Positions 8,184 through 18,089 of a stretch of DNA of 64,000 bases are shown one piece after another. The position numbers were made by a program, and so were the translations under genes. The stretch is from UHGV virus genome UHGV-1368455, one strand, 5' to 3'. The number at the start of each line of letters is the position of its first letter. The stretch's first letter is position 1. This DNA comes from a virus. Below the pieces are notes generated by a model. The model ran no database searches, had not been told where the DNA came from, and worked only from the letters and a program-made list of their open reading frames with translations.

Positions 8184-10610
8184 ATGAGAGCAACTTTTCA
8201 ACCTTATGATTTTCCTAATCAACGTGTTCCTAATTCTAAAAAGAATGACCCTGAATGGTATGCAAATTGTTGCGATTGGATTATTGCACAAGGAATTGGA
8301 CAACGAGATATTAAGGAACTTGAAATTAAATATGGAATATTGCAAGGTAATATTCCAGATGAATTTTATAAAAAGATACTTAATCCTTATAATGCTACAA
8401 AAGAAAAATATACTCGTTTTCCTGCTACTATGCGTAATTATGATTTAATGAAAGGAGTTATAAGACGTTATATTGGAGAGTATATTCAAAATCCTCATGA
8501 CTTTATTGTAGGTGCTAATAATGCAGAAGTTGTGCTTGCAAAAAATAGTAAACTTCGTAAAGAACTTCAAATACTTGTTGAAAATAAAATTGCTGCTGAA
8601 ATTCAAAAGAATTATGTAAAATGGGTTAATGGTGGAAATGACCCTCAAGAGTTTAATCCACAAGAAGCTATTGATATTGAGACTTTTATTAAACAATTTA
8701 ATTCCGATTATATTGACGATATATCTGCTCAAGGACAAGAAGTATTTAATGTTATTAGAGATATAACAGAAGATACTCTTTTTTATACTCGTGCTTATTT
8801 TGATTTTGTAACATTTGGCGAAGCTTATTCTTATACAGATGTTATTGGCAATAAACTTATAAAACGAAATATAAGTCCTCGTGATGCATATCCAGTTAAT
8901 ACTGACAATATGTTTCGTGAAGATGACGATATGTTTTGTTGTAGACGTAAATTAAGTTATCAACAAATTGTAGATGAATTTGACGATTATCTTACTGATA
9001 AACAAAGACAATTTCTTGAAACTTATTATGCTAAACGCAGTAATGCCGTTCCTACTGAATTAATGTTTAATATATATCAATCTTATTTTCCTGATGTTTG
9101 TAATAAGTTTACTGAAGAGGAACGTAAACTTTTTAGAACTCAACCTAATATGCGACGTGATGTTAATCCAGACTTATTTGATGTTTGGCACGTTGTGTGG
9201 AGAGGAGAAATAAGAAGAGCAATTGTTACATTTATAAATGCTGCTGGACTTATTGATAATCGAATTGAAAACGATGATTACGTACTTAATATTGCAAATG
9301 GGGATATATCTATTGAATATATTTATGAACCACAAGTTTATGAATGTGTACGTATTGGAACTCGTAATGATGCGATTTATCCTTATGGGTGTAGAGCAAT
9401 AGCATATAATAGAGGTGGCAAACTTCCTTATAATGGTATTAATGAATTATTGCCTGGTTTTGGTAAGTTTAGTATTGTCGATATTCTTACTCCTTATCAA
9501 ATATTTTATAATATTGTAGCTTATCATCGTGAGATGGTTATAGCCAAGAATAAACTTAATATTCTTCTTATTGCCAAATCATTACTTGGTAAATATCCCG
9601 AAGATACGATATATAAGATGATTGCTGATGGAGTACTTTATATTGACGATACTAATGACCAAGGTATGCTTAGAGCACAACAAGTTCGTGTTCTTCAAAA
9701 TAATCTTGGCGATTATCTTACACAGCTTACTAATCTTCTTCTTGATATTAAGAATGCAGCCAATGAACAAGTTGATATGACTGCACAACGTTATGGGGAA
9801 ATTGCTAATAGTGCAGGCAAAGGCGTTACTGATGAAGCTATTATACGTGGTAGTATGGGTTCTGTAATAATTGAATTTATTATGGATGCTATGCGAGAAC
9901 GAGATTATAATAGAGATATGGACTATTCTAAACTTGCATGGATAGATGGTCTTAATACTTCTTATCGTGATGAACACGGTCAATTGAAATATATTAGTCT
10001 TGATATTGATAAACATATTTATGCCGATTATATTATTAAAGTTAAATTATCTGCTAAAGAAAGAGAAAAACTGCAACAACTTAAAGAATACGCTTTTAGT
10101 GCTGCACAAAATGGAGATAATCAAATGGCTATTGCTGCAATTGAAGGAGATAATGTTGCTACTATTCGTAAACTTATTGATAAGTTCCAAAAAGATAAAG
10201 AAGCTCATGAAATTGAACTTAAACAACTTGACCAACAAACTGAACAAATGCGTCAAGAATTTGAACTTCAAAAGATTCAAGCTAAGGGAGAAGAAGATAG
10301 AAAGACTAAGGAACTTGAAGGTTATATTGACCAACAAATTGAACTTATACGTGCTGATGCTAATATGATTAGTTATAATGCAGAAGTTGGTACTGCTGAA
10401 CAGCAACAAGGTCTTAATCGCTTGGATGCAGCTCGCGCAAGAGTAGAACAACAGAAAGTTAATCTTGAACGACAAAAAGCTGTTCTTGATGCAGTCGATA
10501 AAGAACGAGATAGACAAGTTAAAATGCACGATATTGATACTAAATTAAAAATTGCAAAAGAAAATAAAAATAGATATGATAGTCGTCCTAAATCTACTAC
10601 TAAAAAGTAA
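8184..10610 (+). CDS. putative portal protein with long C-terminal coiled coil (barrel-like)
   Basis: 808 aa between the terminase-like and capsid-like genes; strongly helical heptad-rich C-terminal 200 aa as in podovirus portals. Confidence 0.5.
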   Translation: MRATFQPYDFPNQRVPNSKKNDPEWYANCCDWIIAQGIGQRDIKELEIKYGILQGNIPDEFYKKILNPYNATKEKYTRFPATMRNYDLMKGVIRRYIGEYIQNPHDFIVGANNAEVVLAKNSKLRKELQILVENKIAAEIQKNYVKWVNGGNDPQEFNPQEAIDIETFIKQFNSDYIDDISAQGQEVFNVIRDITEDTLFYTRAYFDFVTFGEAYSYTDVIGNKLIKRNISPRDAYPVNTDNMFREDDDMFCCRRKLSYQQIVDEFDDYLTDKQRQFLETYYAKRSNAVPTELMFNIYQSYFPDVCNKFTEEERKLFRTQPNMRRDVNPDLFDVWHVVWRGEIRRAIVTFINAAGLIDNRIENDDYVLNIANGDISIEYIYEPQVYECVRIGTRNDAIYPYGCRAIAYNRGGKLPYNGINELLPGFGKFSIVDILTPYQIFYNIVAYHREMVIAKNKLNILLIAKSLLGKYPEDTIYKMIADGVLYIDDTNDQGMLRAQQVRVLQNNLGDYLTQLTNLLLDIKNAANEQVDMTAQRYGEIANSAGKGVTDEAIIRGSMGSVIIEFIMDAMRERDYNRDMDYSKLAWIDGLNTSYRDEHGQLKYISLDIDKHIYADYIIKVKLSAKEREKLQQLKEYAFSAAQNGDNQMAIAAIEGDNVATIRKLIDKFQKDKEAHEIELKQLDQQTEQMRQEFELQKIQAKGEEDRKTKELEGYIDQQIELIRADANMISYNAEVGTAEQQQGLNRLDAARARVEQQKVNLERQKAVLDAVDKERDRQVKMHDIDTKLKIAKENKNRYDSRPKSTTKK

Positions 10611-10626
10611 TTTATAACTGATAATG

Positions 10627-10673
10627 ACCTGTTCGGTATGATGCAAATAGCAATCCGAGCAGGTTATTTTTAT
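10627..10673 (+). terminator. rho-independent terminator candidate after the portal gene
   Basis: Stem ACCTGTTCGG pairs with CCGAGCAGGT (10 bp, one G-U), 18-nt loop, then TATTTTTAT. Confidence 0.45.
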
Positions 10674-10752
10674 GCCTATAAATAAGCTATTATTAGCTTT
10701 GTATGACAAGATAATTTTGCAGTCGATAAAATGGTAAGGCTAAGCACAGACA

Positions 10753-10770
10753 ATCCTTCTACGGGGTAGC
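10753..10770 (+). promoter_or_regulatory. intergenic motif copy, variant ATCCTTCTACGGGGTAGC followed by CTTTTT
   Basis: Lies in the 317-bp portal-scaffold intergenic region, in gene orientation. Confidence 0.5.
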
Positions 10771-10927
10771 TTTTTCGGCTGGTATAATGGCAAAGATAGT
10801 TCTAACAGTAATATTAATAAATATGATGTAATTGTTAATATTTATATATTTATAAATGTTGAACTTGTTAATCTAATTAATTATGCTTATAATTGTAATG
10901 ATGTTTAATATTTAATTAATTAAAATT

Positions 10928-12241
10928 ATGCCGGATATTGATTTTGGTTTTGATGGTAATAAAAGTGTCGATACCGATACTACCATCACTAATCCAGATG
11001 GTGATGATAAAACTAATCTCACTACTGGTAAAATAGACCATGATAAAAATGGTGTACCTGTTGACGCTATTGATGATGGTCAACAAACTATTACTAATCC
11101 CGATAAGGGCGATGACGATACTACTAAAAATAAAAATGATGACTCTAATAAAGGTAATGACGATGATAAGAATAAAAGTACCGAATCTGAACTAACTGAA
11201 GGTATGACTGTCGAAGCTGATGGTCAAACTTATACAGTTGATAAAGATGGCAATCTTATTGATGCAAACGGAAATATCTTTAAGGAAGCTAAAGATGTTA
11301 AAGAATGGATAGCGTCTTTTGATAAAGTAGAAGACGATAATCATGAAATAAGTATTAATGCTATTCAAGAAGCAATTGGTATTGATATTACTGATGAAAA
11401 TGATAAGCCTATTGAATATGAAAATACTATTGAAGGCATAAAGTCTTATGTACAGGCAGTCATGGATGTTTCTAAACAAGAACATTATGAAGCTGCTATT
11501 AATACTCTTTATCAAAAGTATCCTATTTTGAATGAACTTCTTAATTACTATATAGCTAATGGAAATTCGTTAGAAGGTTTTAATGAAATTCCGGATAGAA
11601 GTAATATTACTATTGATGATACTAATGAAAAGCAACAAGAAGAAATTATCCGAATGGCTTGGAAAGAACAAGGCCGTAAAGGTGATGTTGATGGATATAT
11701 TGCTTATCTTAAATCATCTGGTACTTTGTTAGCTACTGCAAAAGATGAACTTGAAGGAATGCAAGAAGCTGACGCAGAATATAAAAAACAACTTGAAGAA
11801 GAAGCTCAGAGAAAGGAACAACAGCGTATTAAAGAACTTGAAACTTATTGGAATGGAGTTCATGATGTTATTAAAACTCGTAAAATTGCTGGTTATCAAA
11901 TTCCTGAATCTATTATTATCTCTCGTAATGGTCAAAAGATTACGGTTACTCCCGAAGATTTCTTTAACTATATTTACAATGTAGATGATAATGGAACTAC
12001 AGCTTATGAACGTGATTTAGCTAAACAAAAACCTGAAAGTCGTCGTGATGATGAAATTCTTAGAGCTTATCTTACTTTTGTTGGCGGTAATTATTCTAAC
12101 TTAGTCGATATGGCTATTAATAAACAACAAGTTGCTAATCTTCGACTTAAATCTAAACAGAATACTCATTCTACTGTTAGAATAACTAAACCTGCAGATA
12201 GTAAGAAAGATAATACTAATATTGATTTAGGTTATAATTAA
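10928..12241 (+). CDS. acidic coiled-coil protein, candidate head scaffolding protein
   Basis: Positioned between portal and capsid-like genes; D/E-rich disordered N-terminus and coiled-coil segments. Confidence 0.35.
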   Translation: MPDIDFGFDGNKSVDTDTTITNPDGDDKTNLTTGKIDHDKNGVPVDAIDDGQQTITNPDKGDDDTTKNKNDDSNKGNDDDKNKSTESELTEGMTVEADGQTYTVDKDGNLIDANGNIFKEAKDVKEWIASFDKVEDDNHEISINAIQEAIGIDITDENDKPIEYENTIEGIKSYVQAVMDVSKQEHYEAAINTLYQKYPILNELLNYYIANGNSLEGFNEIPDRSNITIDDTNEKQQEEIIRMAWKEQGRKGDVDGYIAYLKSSGTLLATAKDELEGMQEADAEYKKQLEEEAQRKEQQRIKELETYWNGVHDVIKTRKIAGYQIPESIIISRNGQKITVTPEDFFNYIYNVDDNGTTAYERDLAKQKPESRRDDEILRAYLTFVGGNYSNLVDMAINKQQVANLRLKSKQNTHSTVRITKPADSKKDNTNIDLGYN

Positions 12242-12251
12242 TTAAAGTTTT

Positions 12252-13730
12252 TTGAGTATGTATAAAATGCGTGTTCTTTCGCAGGGTCGTTTTGAAGATA
12301 GAGGATACTCTAATGAAGAGAGTATTGCTTATCTTCAACTTACGAAACCTGTTGAAATTAATGCTTTCCTTACTTATAATTATGGTATGGATGATGACCG
12401 TTTCCCGTTGTCATTTATGACCGAAGGTCAGGGAAGTTCTGGTGTTGTTGATATTGCCACAGTTCAATGGACTTGGAATACAATGGGACGTATGAAGTTT
12501 ACAGACTTCGTTACTTATTTCAATTCTGCTAATACACAACCTGGTATTGGCGGTGCTGAATTTGAAGTTCATTTTAGTACTCATTGGTTTATTGAACAAT
12601 TTGGTCTTATTGCTCCTGATGGCAAGACGCAAGTTCGTATTCAGAAAGACCTTGGAGAATCTCCTTATGGTTATGGTTATATTCTGAAACTTACTAATCC
12701 TAATCCGAATGCTTTTGTTGACCCTGAGATGTTGACTAAAGGAAAGTATTGGAGTATGTCTGCTCCTACTGTTTCTGAATCTTATTCAAAAGGTAATAGG
12801 AGCAATTCTATGGGACCTGGTAAGATGACTTCTCAACTTGAGTTCCATCGTTATTCTAAAGAAATAGCTGGTAACCTTGCTAACGTTGTTACTCAATATC
12901 AGTTTAAGAACGGTAGTGGCGGTACTTCTAATCTTTGGATTAATGAAGAGATGCGTCAGTTTAATCTTACTATGCGTGTTATGAATGAAGAGCGACTTTG
13001 GGTTGCTGAATATAATCGTAATCTTAATGGCGAGATTGGACTGAAAGACCGTGATAATGGTAAACCGATTCCTCATACAAGTGGTATGCTTGAAATTTGT
13101 CGTGAATCTAATTATGATACTTACGGCGAGTTCCTTACTATTGGTAAATTGAAGAGAATAGTTGATGATGTTCTTGACCGTGATACTGATACCGGTTCTA
13201 TGGAAGTTGTTCTTATGGCTGGTAAGGGTTTCATGGAAGACTTTGATGATGCTATTAAGCGTGATTCTAAGGATAATGGATTCCTTACTCCTCTTGGTGA
13301 AAAAGAAATACAAGGTAGCGGATATGGTCTTGAATATGGAGCTTATTTCCGTGCTTATAAGACAGTTGATGGTCACCGTATTACTGTAAAACATTGTTCT
13401 TACTTTGATAAAGGTACTATCGCTGAAGCTGCTAAACAAAATGGTTATATTCATCCTCGTACAGGTCTTGCAATGACTTCTCACCAAGCTGCTTTTATTG
13501 ACTTCTCTATGTATGAAGGACAGCGTAATGTACGTATGGTTCGTCAGAAAGGACAAGTTTATAAGGCAAAAGTAATTGAGGGTATGACTGATATTCCGCC
13601 TTGCTGGGGTCTGCCTAATACTAACCATGCAGCAACTGATGTTGATAATGCTCGCTATGAAGTTAAATCTTCTCTTGGCTTGCAGGTTAATAACTCAACT
13701 AAGATGTTCTTGCTTACTTGTGTATTGTAA
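12252..13730 (+). CDS. putative major capsid protein
   Basis: 492 aa directly after portal and scaffold-like genes; markedly higher GC and G/C-ending codons than neighbours (highly expressed); size fits crAss-like capsid proteins. Confidence 0.5.
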   Translation: MSMYKMRVLSQGRFEDRGYSNEESIAYLQLTKPVEINAFLTYNYGMDDDRFPLSFMTEGQGSSGVVDIATVQWTWNTMGRMKFTDFVTYFNSANTQPGIGGAEFEVHFSTHWFIEQFGLIAPDGKTQVRIQKDLGESPYGYGYILKLTNPNPNAFVDPEMLTKGKYWSMSAPTVSESYSKGNRSNSMGPGKMTSQLEFHRYSKEIAGNLANVVTQYQFKNGSGGTSNLWINEEMRQFNLTMRVMNEERLWVAEYNRNLNGEIGLKDRDNGKPIPHTSGMLEICRESNYDTYGEFLTIGKLKRIVDDVLDRDTDTGSMEVVLMAGKGFMEDFDDAIKRDSKDNGFLTPLGEKEIQGSGYGLEYGAYFRAYKTVDGHRITVKHCSYFDKGTIAEAAKQNGYIHPRTGLAMTSHQAAFIDFSMYEGQRNVRMVRQKGQVYKAKVIEGMTDIPPCWGLPNTNHAATDVDNARYEVKSSLGLQVNNSTKMFLLTCVL

Positions 13731-13749
13731 TCATTAAACTATTTTAGAA

Positions 13750-14898
13750 ATGGATAATAACTCTGCTGATAAAATGCAATTTGGTTTTGGTAAGGCCAAT
13801 GTTGAAGCAAATAAAGAAGTTGAAGATAGTACCATCTCCCCCGTAGAGGGAGAATCGCCGATAGAAGAGACTGCTAACATTCCTAATGATTATGAAGGAG
13901 AATATACTGATAACCGTACAGTTACTATAAATTTAGTTAAGAATTATTCATTGTATCGTAAAGTTAATGATAAAGTTCTTCCTAAACGTAAAGACTATAT
14001 TGGTGGAAGTATTAATTCTTCTATGATTCTTTCTTCTAATAAAGGTGAAGTTGAAGCGTATTTTCCAAATCTTATAGGTATTTCTTATAACAATCCTGAT
14101 TTTGTTAATCGCGTTAAAGCATATCTTAACAATATTCGTATTCCTGTTGATGAACTTGGTAAGACTTTTGATGTTAGTTTTCATTATTATCATAAAAAAG
14201 ATTATTATCATTTTAAGAATGAAGAAGAAAGAATTGAAAAGGCTTATCAAAATGCTGACCGTTCTTCTATAAAGAAGATTCGTGAAGCACTTAGCGAAAA
14301 GATTAAAGCTCTTAATGTTCTTGAAGGTACAAAATATAAATATGGTTATCCTGTTAATATTACTGATTATCTTATGTACCGTCATTGTCTTCTTTATCAC
14401 GATGTTGCAAAAGATATTGCTCTTATAAATAGTGACCCTAATATTAGGTTCTACTTCAAAGATGATGTTAAAGAAGCACAGAAACGTCGTAAATATCGTG
14501 AAAGTGTTAATAAAGCTAAAGCGAATTATGTTGCTTGTCTTGCTGATGATACATTATTTGATGCGGTTTATATTCAGTATTGTGTCATTAACAATCTTCC
14601 TGTTATTTCTTCTCTTGCAGAAGATAAACTTGAAAGAGAAATTAAACTGGATAAGTTTAGTACTGAAGAGCCTATTAAATTCAATAAGATTTTCAATAAC
14701 AAGGATAATAAACTGATTGCTAATATTGAAATGCTTATAGCTCGTGGCGAACTTATTCGTTCTCAATATAATCAGAATATTACTTCGAGTGATGGAGAAT
14801 TTATTGGTGCTAATATGAGTGAAGCTATATCTTGGTTTAAGAATCCTAATAATACTTCTGCTGTTAATGCTTATCTTACCAAACTAAGAAACGTGTAA
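13750..14898 (+). CDS. virion structural protein candidate (382 aa)
   Basis: Follows the capsid-like gene; contains an in-frame motif copy encoding SPVEG. Confidence 0.45.
   Translation: MDNNSADKMQFGFGKANVEANKEVEDSTISPVEGESPIEETANIPNDYEGEYTDNRTVTINLVKNYSLYRKVNDKVLPKRKDYIGGSINSSMILSSNKGEVEAYFPNLIGISYNNPDFVNRVKAYLNNIRIPVDELGKTFDVSFHYYHKKDYYHFKNEEERIEKAYQNADRSSIKKIREALSEKIKALNVLEGTKYKYGYPVNITDYLMYRHCLLYHDVAKDIALINSDPNIRFYFKDDVKEAQKRRKYRESVNKAKANYVACLADDTLFDAVYIQYCVINNLPVISSLAEDKLEREIKLDKFSTEEPIKFNKIFNNKDNKLIANIEMLIARGELIRSQYNQNITSSDGEFIGANMSEAISWFKNPNNTSAVNAYLTKLRNV
13836..13851 (-). repeat. dispersed motif copy (CTCCCCCGTAGAGGGA orientation), in-frame SPVEG
   Basis: Exact 16-mer. Confidence 0.9.
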
Positions 14899-14899
14899 T

Positions 14900-15706
14900 A
14901 TGAACATACAAGAGATGCACCAAGTGTTTCGTACACTCGGACAACAGTTAGGCATACAGCTTAATAGAGGAATACTTCCTGAAAGCATTGATGTTTATAT
15001 TAATCAAGTTATTACTGAAAAGACTCAAGAAGAGTTGTTAATGGGAGTTCGTACTGCATTGCAAGATAGTGTTACAACACAAGCTCAATCGATGTCTTCT
15101 ATTAATGCTTTTCGTACTCTTTATAGGAATGTAAGATATAAGATAGATACTACTCAGGCTGATGAAAATACTGGTAAAGTTGCTTTTTATAATCCCGATA
15201 ATGGTTATCATATTATTAATATTCCTACTGTTAAATCTAAAGTAACTTTAGATATAGGAGAATATAAAATTTCTCCTATGCTTTTTACGGGTTTCAGCGT
15301 TGAGTTTAATAATACTCTTCGTGGTAATCCTGTTGCTTGTAGAATAATTGGTAGCGATGTTATTGAAACTACTCTTCGAGATTATTGTAATGGAGCTGGT
15401 AAAGATTCGCCTATTGTTTGTCTTAGTTCTGTTCCTATTATAGAGGATGGTCAGGAATTACTTGATGGAACATCTAATGAACAATTAGAAGTATATATTA
15501 ATTCAAAAGGTACTGATATTAAATACTTGAATATTCATTATATTAAAACTCCTAATGTTGTTAAATACGATGTAGATATTAATAAATGTGTCAATTGTGA
15601 TTTGCCTGATTATACTCATTCAAATATTATTGAACGAGCTGTTCAGAAATATTATCAATCAATTGGCGCAACTACTGATACTAATCGTAGACGACAACAA
15701 GATTAA
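14900..15706 (+). CDS. hypothetical structural protein (268 aa)
   Basis: ORF 2 nt after the previous stop. Confidence 0.45.
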   Translation: MNIQEMHQVFRTLGQQLGIQLNRGILPESIDVYINQVITEKTQEELLMGVRTALQDSVTTQAQSMSSINAFRTLYRNVRYKIDTTQADENTGKVAFYNPDNGYHIINIPTVKSKVTLDIGEYKISPMLFTGFSVEFNNTLRGNPVACRIIGSDVIETTLRDYCNGAGKDSPIVCLSSVPIIEDGQELLDGTSNEQLEVYINSKGTDIKYLNIHYIKTPNVVKYDVDINKCVNCDLPDYTHSNIIERAVQKYYQSIGATTDTNRRRQQD

Positions 15707-15735
15707 CGATTGATTAACGTATAAATTAAAATAAT

Positions 15736-16608
15736 ATGCGACAATTTATTTTAGCTGGTAATGTTGCTTATCCTACTCAAGCTACTCCCGATAAACTTAC
15801 AGCTGGTTCTGTTGGTTTCTTTTATAATAAAGACGGGCAGTTTACAGTAGATTCTGATGGTACTGGTATTACTCGCGAGGGTATGCTGATACTTGCAAGG
15901 TCTGCTGAGGATGGTGGCAATGTTGTTATTCCTGTATTTAAGCAGAATTTCCGTTATACAAAGGGAGCTTATCAAGCAGCTACTACTTTTACAGCAACGA
16001 TTGAAATACCTGCTCCAACTAAAATTGGAGAGTATTCTATCATAATTGCTAAGAAAGGTCTTCTGTTTAATGAAAGGAACAAATGGACAGCTTCTGTTTA
16101 TGTTAAGGATGTTACAATGACGGCTGATGCACTTGCTGAAGAGCTGGTTAAACATATTAACTATAACACTGCAGGTCACGGATGTACTGCTGAAGCTGAT
16201 TCTGCATCTATTACTATTACGGCTACTAAGAAAGATAAAGATTATACAGTTCTTGGTGCTGATTTGCTAATGGGAGTAGAAGTTGATATAACTTCTGGAA
16301 CTCCTGCTTATGGAGATGCTAAGTATGTTACGGACTTGGCTAACAAAGCAGCTTCTGAAGCTGGATTTAATGATACGTATCAGGAAGCAAATGTTTATAT
16401 GTATCCTAACTATCCTCTTAATCCTCTCAAATCTGCTGACGCTGAGGATACAGGGTTTACTATTTTCACATTGAAGTTTACCGAGCCTCGTAATACTAAG
16501 CCTCTCGATGACGTAGTAAATCAGATTATACAAGTTGCTTTCCCAACTGGCGCAGCTGGAATAACTACTTTTGAAACTGTATGTAAAGCACTTGCCGGAG
16601 TTAAATAA
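15736..16608 (+). CDS. hypothetical abundant virion protein (290 aa, Ala/Thr/Gly-rich, elevated GC)
   Basis: Codon usage shifted like the capsid-like gene; beta-rich composition. Confidence 0.45.
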   Translation: MRQFILAGNVAYPTQATPDKLTAGSVGFFYNKDGQFTVDSDGTGITREGMLILARSAEDGGNVVIPVFKQNFRYTKGAYQAATTFTATIEIPAPTKIGEYSIIIAKKGLLFNERNKWTASVYVKDVTMTADALAEELVKHINYNTAGHGCTAEADSASITITATKKDKDYTVLGADLLMGVEVDITSGTPAYGDAKYVTDLANKAASEAGFNDTYQEANVYMYPNYPLNPLKSADAEDTGFTIFTLKFTEPRNTKPLDDVVNQIIQVAFPTGAAGITTFETVCKALAGVK

Positions 16609-16664
16609 CTCAAAAACGTTTTTATTTTGACTAATTGAAGAGGGGTTGTTGATAATGATGTTAA

Positions 16665-17267
16665 TTGTTATCAATGACCCTTTTTTCGTTTATTCTGATG
16701 ACGTTGATAGAAGAAGCACTTGCTCAAGGATTAACTCCAGCGATAGTTGTAGTTATTTATTTAGTTATAATTCGTATCATAGATGCGAAGAAAGAAGCTC
16801 AACAGTCTAAAATTAGTCAAGAACTTATAAATAGTATTAGTACTATAAGTGAATTTCTCGATGCTATAACTAAAAATATTCTTAATAAAGATAAAGAACG
16901 TTCTCGTATAATTATAGAACTTGCATTTGATAACTTGCATAAAGAGTTACTTATATTTGCAAGAGATATTATTGTTACTAACAATATTGATAAACGAAAA
17001 GAATATATAAATCAAAGTATTAAAACTGTAGTTAATGCTCAATATTATGAAGTTTATAATTGTCTTTCAGTTTGTGAAGTAAACGGACATAAAGCTGCTC
17101 TTTATTGTAAAGAGAGCTGGAAAGAAGAACTTTCTTCTAATATCATAAAGATTATTTTTGATGAAAATCTTGATAAAGTTGCAAAGATAACTGAAATACA
17201 AACTAAACTCAAAACTATATGTGCCAATTATGTTACATACATACATAATAAAACTTTTAATTCTTAA
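16665..17267 (+). CDS. hypothetical protein with hydrophobic N-terminal segments (200 aa)
   Basis: FSFILMTLIEEALAQGLTPAIVVVIYLVIIRII. Confidence 0.4.
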   Translation: MLSMTLFSFILMTLIEEALAQGLTPAIVVVIYLVIIRIIDAKKEAQQSKISQELINSISTISEFLDAITKNILNKDKERSRIIIELAFDNLHKELLIFARDIIVTNNIDKRKEYINQSIKTVVNAQYYEVYNCLSVCEVNGHKAALYCKESWKEELSSNIIKIIFDENLDKVAKITEIQTKLKTICANYVTYIHNKTFNS

Positions 17268-17270
17268 ACT

Positions 17271-17531
17271 ATGAACAATACTAATAACGAAAATAAAGAT
17301 TTTATTGCTAATCGACTTAGTAATAATATTATTAATCTTCAAAGTTCTCTTGTCGAGCGTGTTATAAAACAAGCTGATTTTGGCTTTGTAAGCGCATCAA
17401 ATTTTCCATGCTTATTAGCGGTAAGCTGTTTATTAGAACACGCATTAGACAACGTTATTTTGTACTCTAACAGCCAATTTTCAAACATACTTAATCTATA
17501 TAATAAGGTGATATATGCCGCAAACGTTTAA
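17271..17531 (+). CDS. hypothetical protein (86 aa)
   Basis: ORF. Confidence 0.35.
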   Translation: MNNTNNENKDFIANRLSNNIINLQSSLVERVIKQADFGFVSASNFPCLLAVSCLLEHALDNVILYSNSQFSNILNLYNKVIYAANV

Positions 17532-18033
17532 TGATGTAGTTGCAGCTCTTGAACGTGTTTATGTTCGTGCTGAAAATAATACTGTGGAAATAAATCCAGA
17601 GTATATTTATATGACTATTCCAGCTGATTATGTTTGTACTTATCATAAGATATTAATACTTCTGTCTGAATATGGAGTTGATATGTTAAATGATTGTCAA
17701 GCTGGTTGTACTAATCAAAATAAGTCTATTATTAATTGTTTTAATATGTTTAACGCTGCACTTGCTGCACGTAAACTTGGACAAGATAAAGTAGCCGAAA
17801 CTATTATTAAATATGTCAATGGACAATTAAAACTTATATATAATAATGGTGTTGCTATACCTGAAACAGTGTTTCCAGTAGATGAACATGGATACTTAAA
17901 AGCTGTTGTAAGTTGTGGTGAAAATCCAACTTTTACTATTGACGTTGACAGTGGTCAACTGTTTCAAGAAAGTATTAAAGATATGAATAGTGTTTTTGCA
18001 CTTGATGAAACAGATACTAACGATAACGAATAA
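17515..18033 (+). CDS. hypothetical protein (172 aa)
   Basis: ORF. Confidence 0.45.
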   Translation: MPQTFNDVVAALERVYVRAENNTVEINPEYIYMTIPADYVCTYHKILILLSEYGVDMLNDCQAGCTNQNKSIINCFNMFNAALAARKLGQDKVAETIIKYVNGQLKLIYNNGVAIPETVFPVDEHGYLKAVVSCGENPTFTIDVDSGQLFQESIKDMNSVFALDETDTNDNE

Positions 18034-18046
18034 TAGTGATACATGA

Positions 18047-18066
18047 TTATCCCTCTACGGGGTAGT
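18047..18066 (+). promoter_or_regulatory. intergenic motif copy (T variant) TTATCCCTCTACGGGGTAGT, flanked by inverted GATTAT/ATAATC
   Basis: Located 14 nt after the upstream stop and 24 nt before the 1200-aa gene. Confidence 0.5.
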
Positions 18067-18089
18067 GCGAATAATCAAAAACGATATTA

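Noticed and set aside
10611-10927. tRNA or small structured RNA in the long portal-scaffold intergenic region
   Set aside because: No cloverleaf-compatible arms or T-loop consensus found by eye; the region is better explained by a terminator hairpin plus the motif copy and AT-rich promoter-like DNA.
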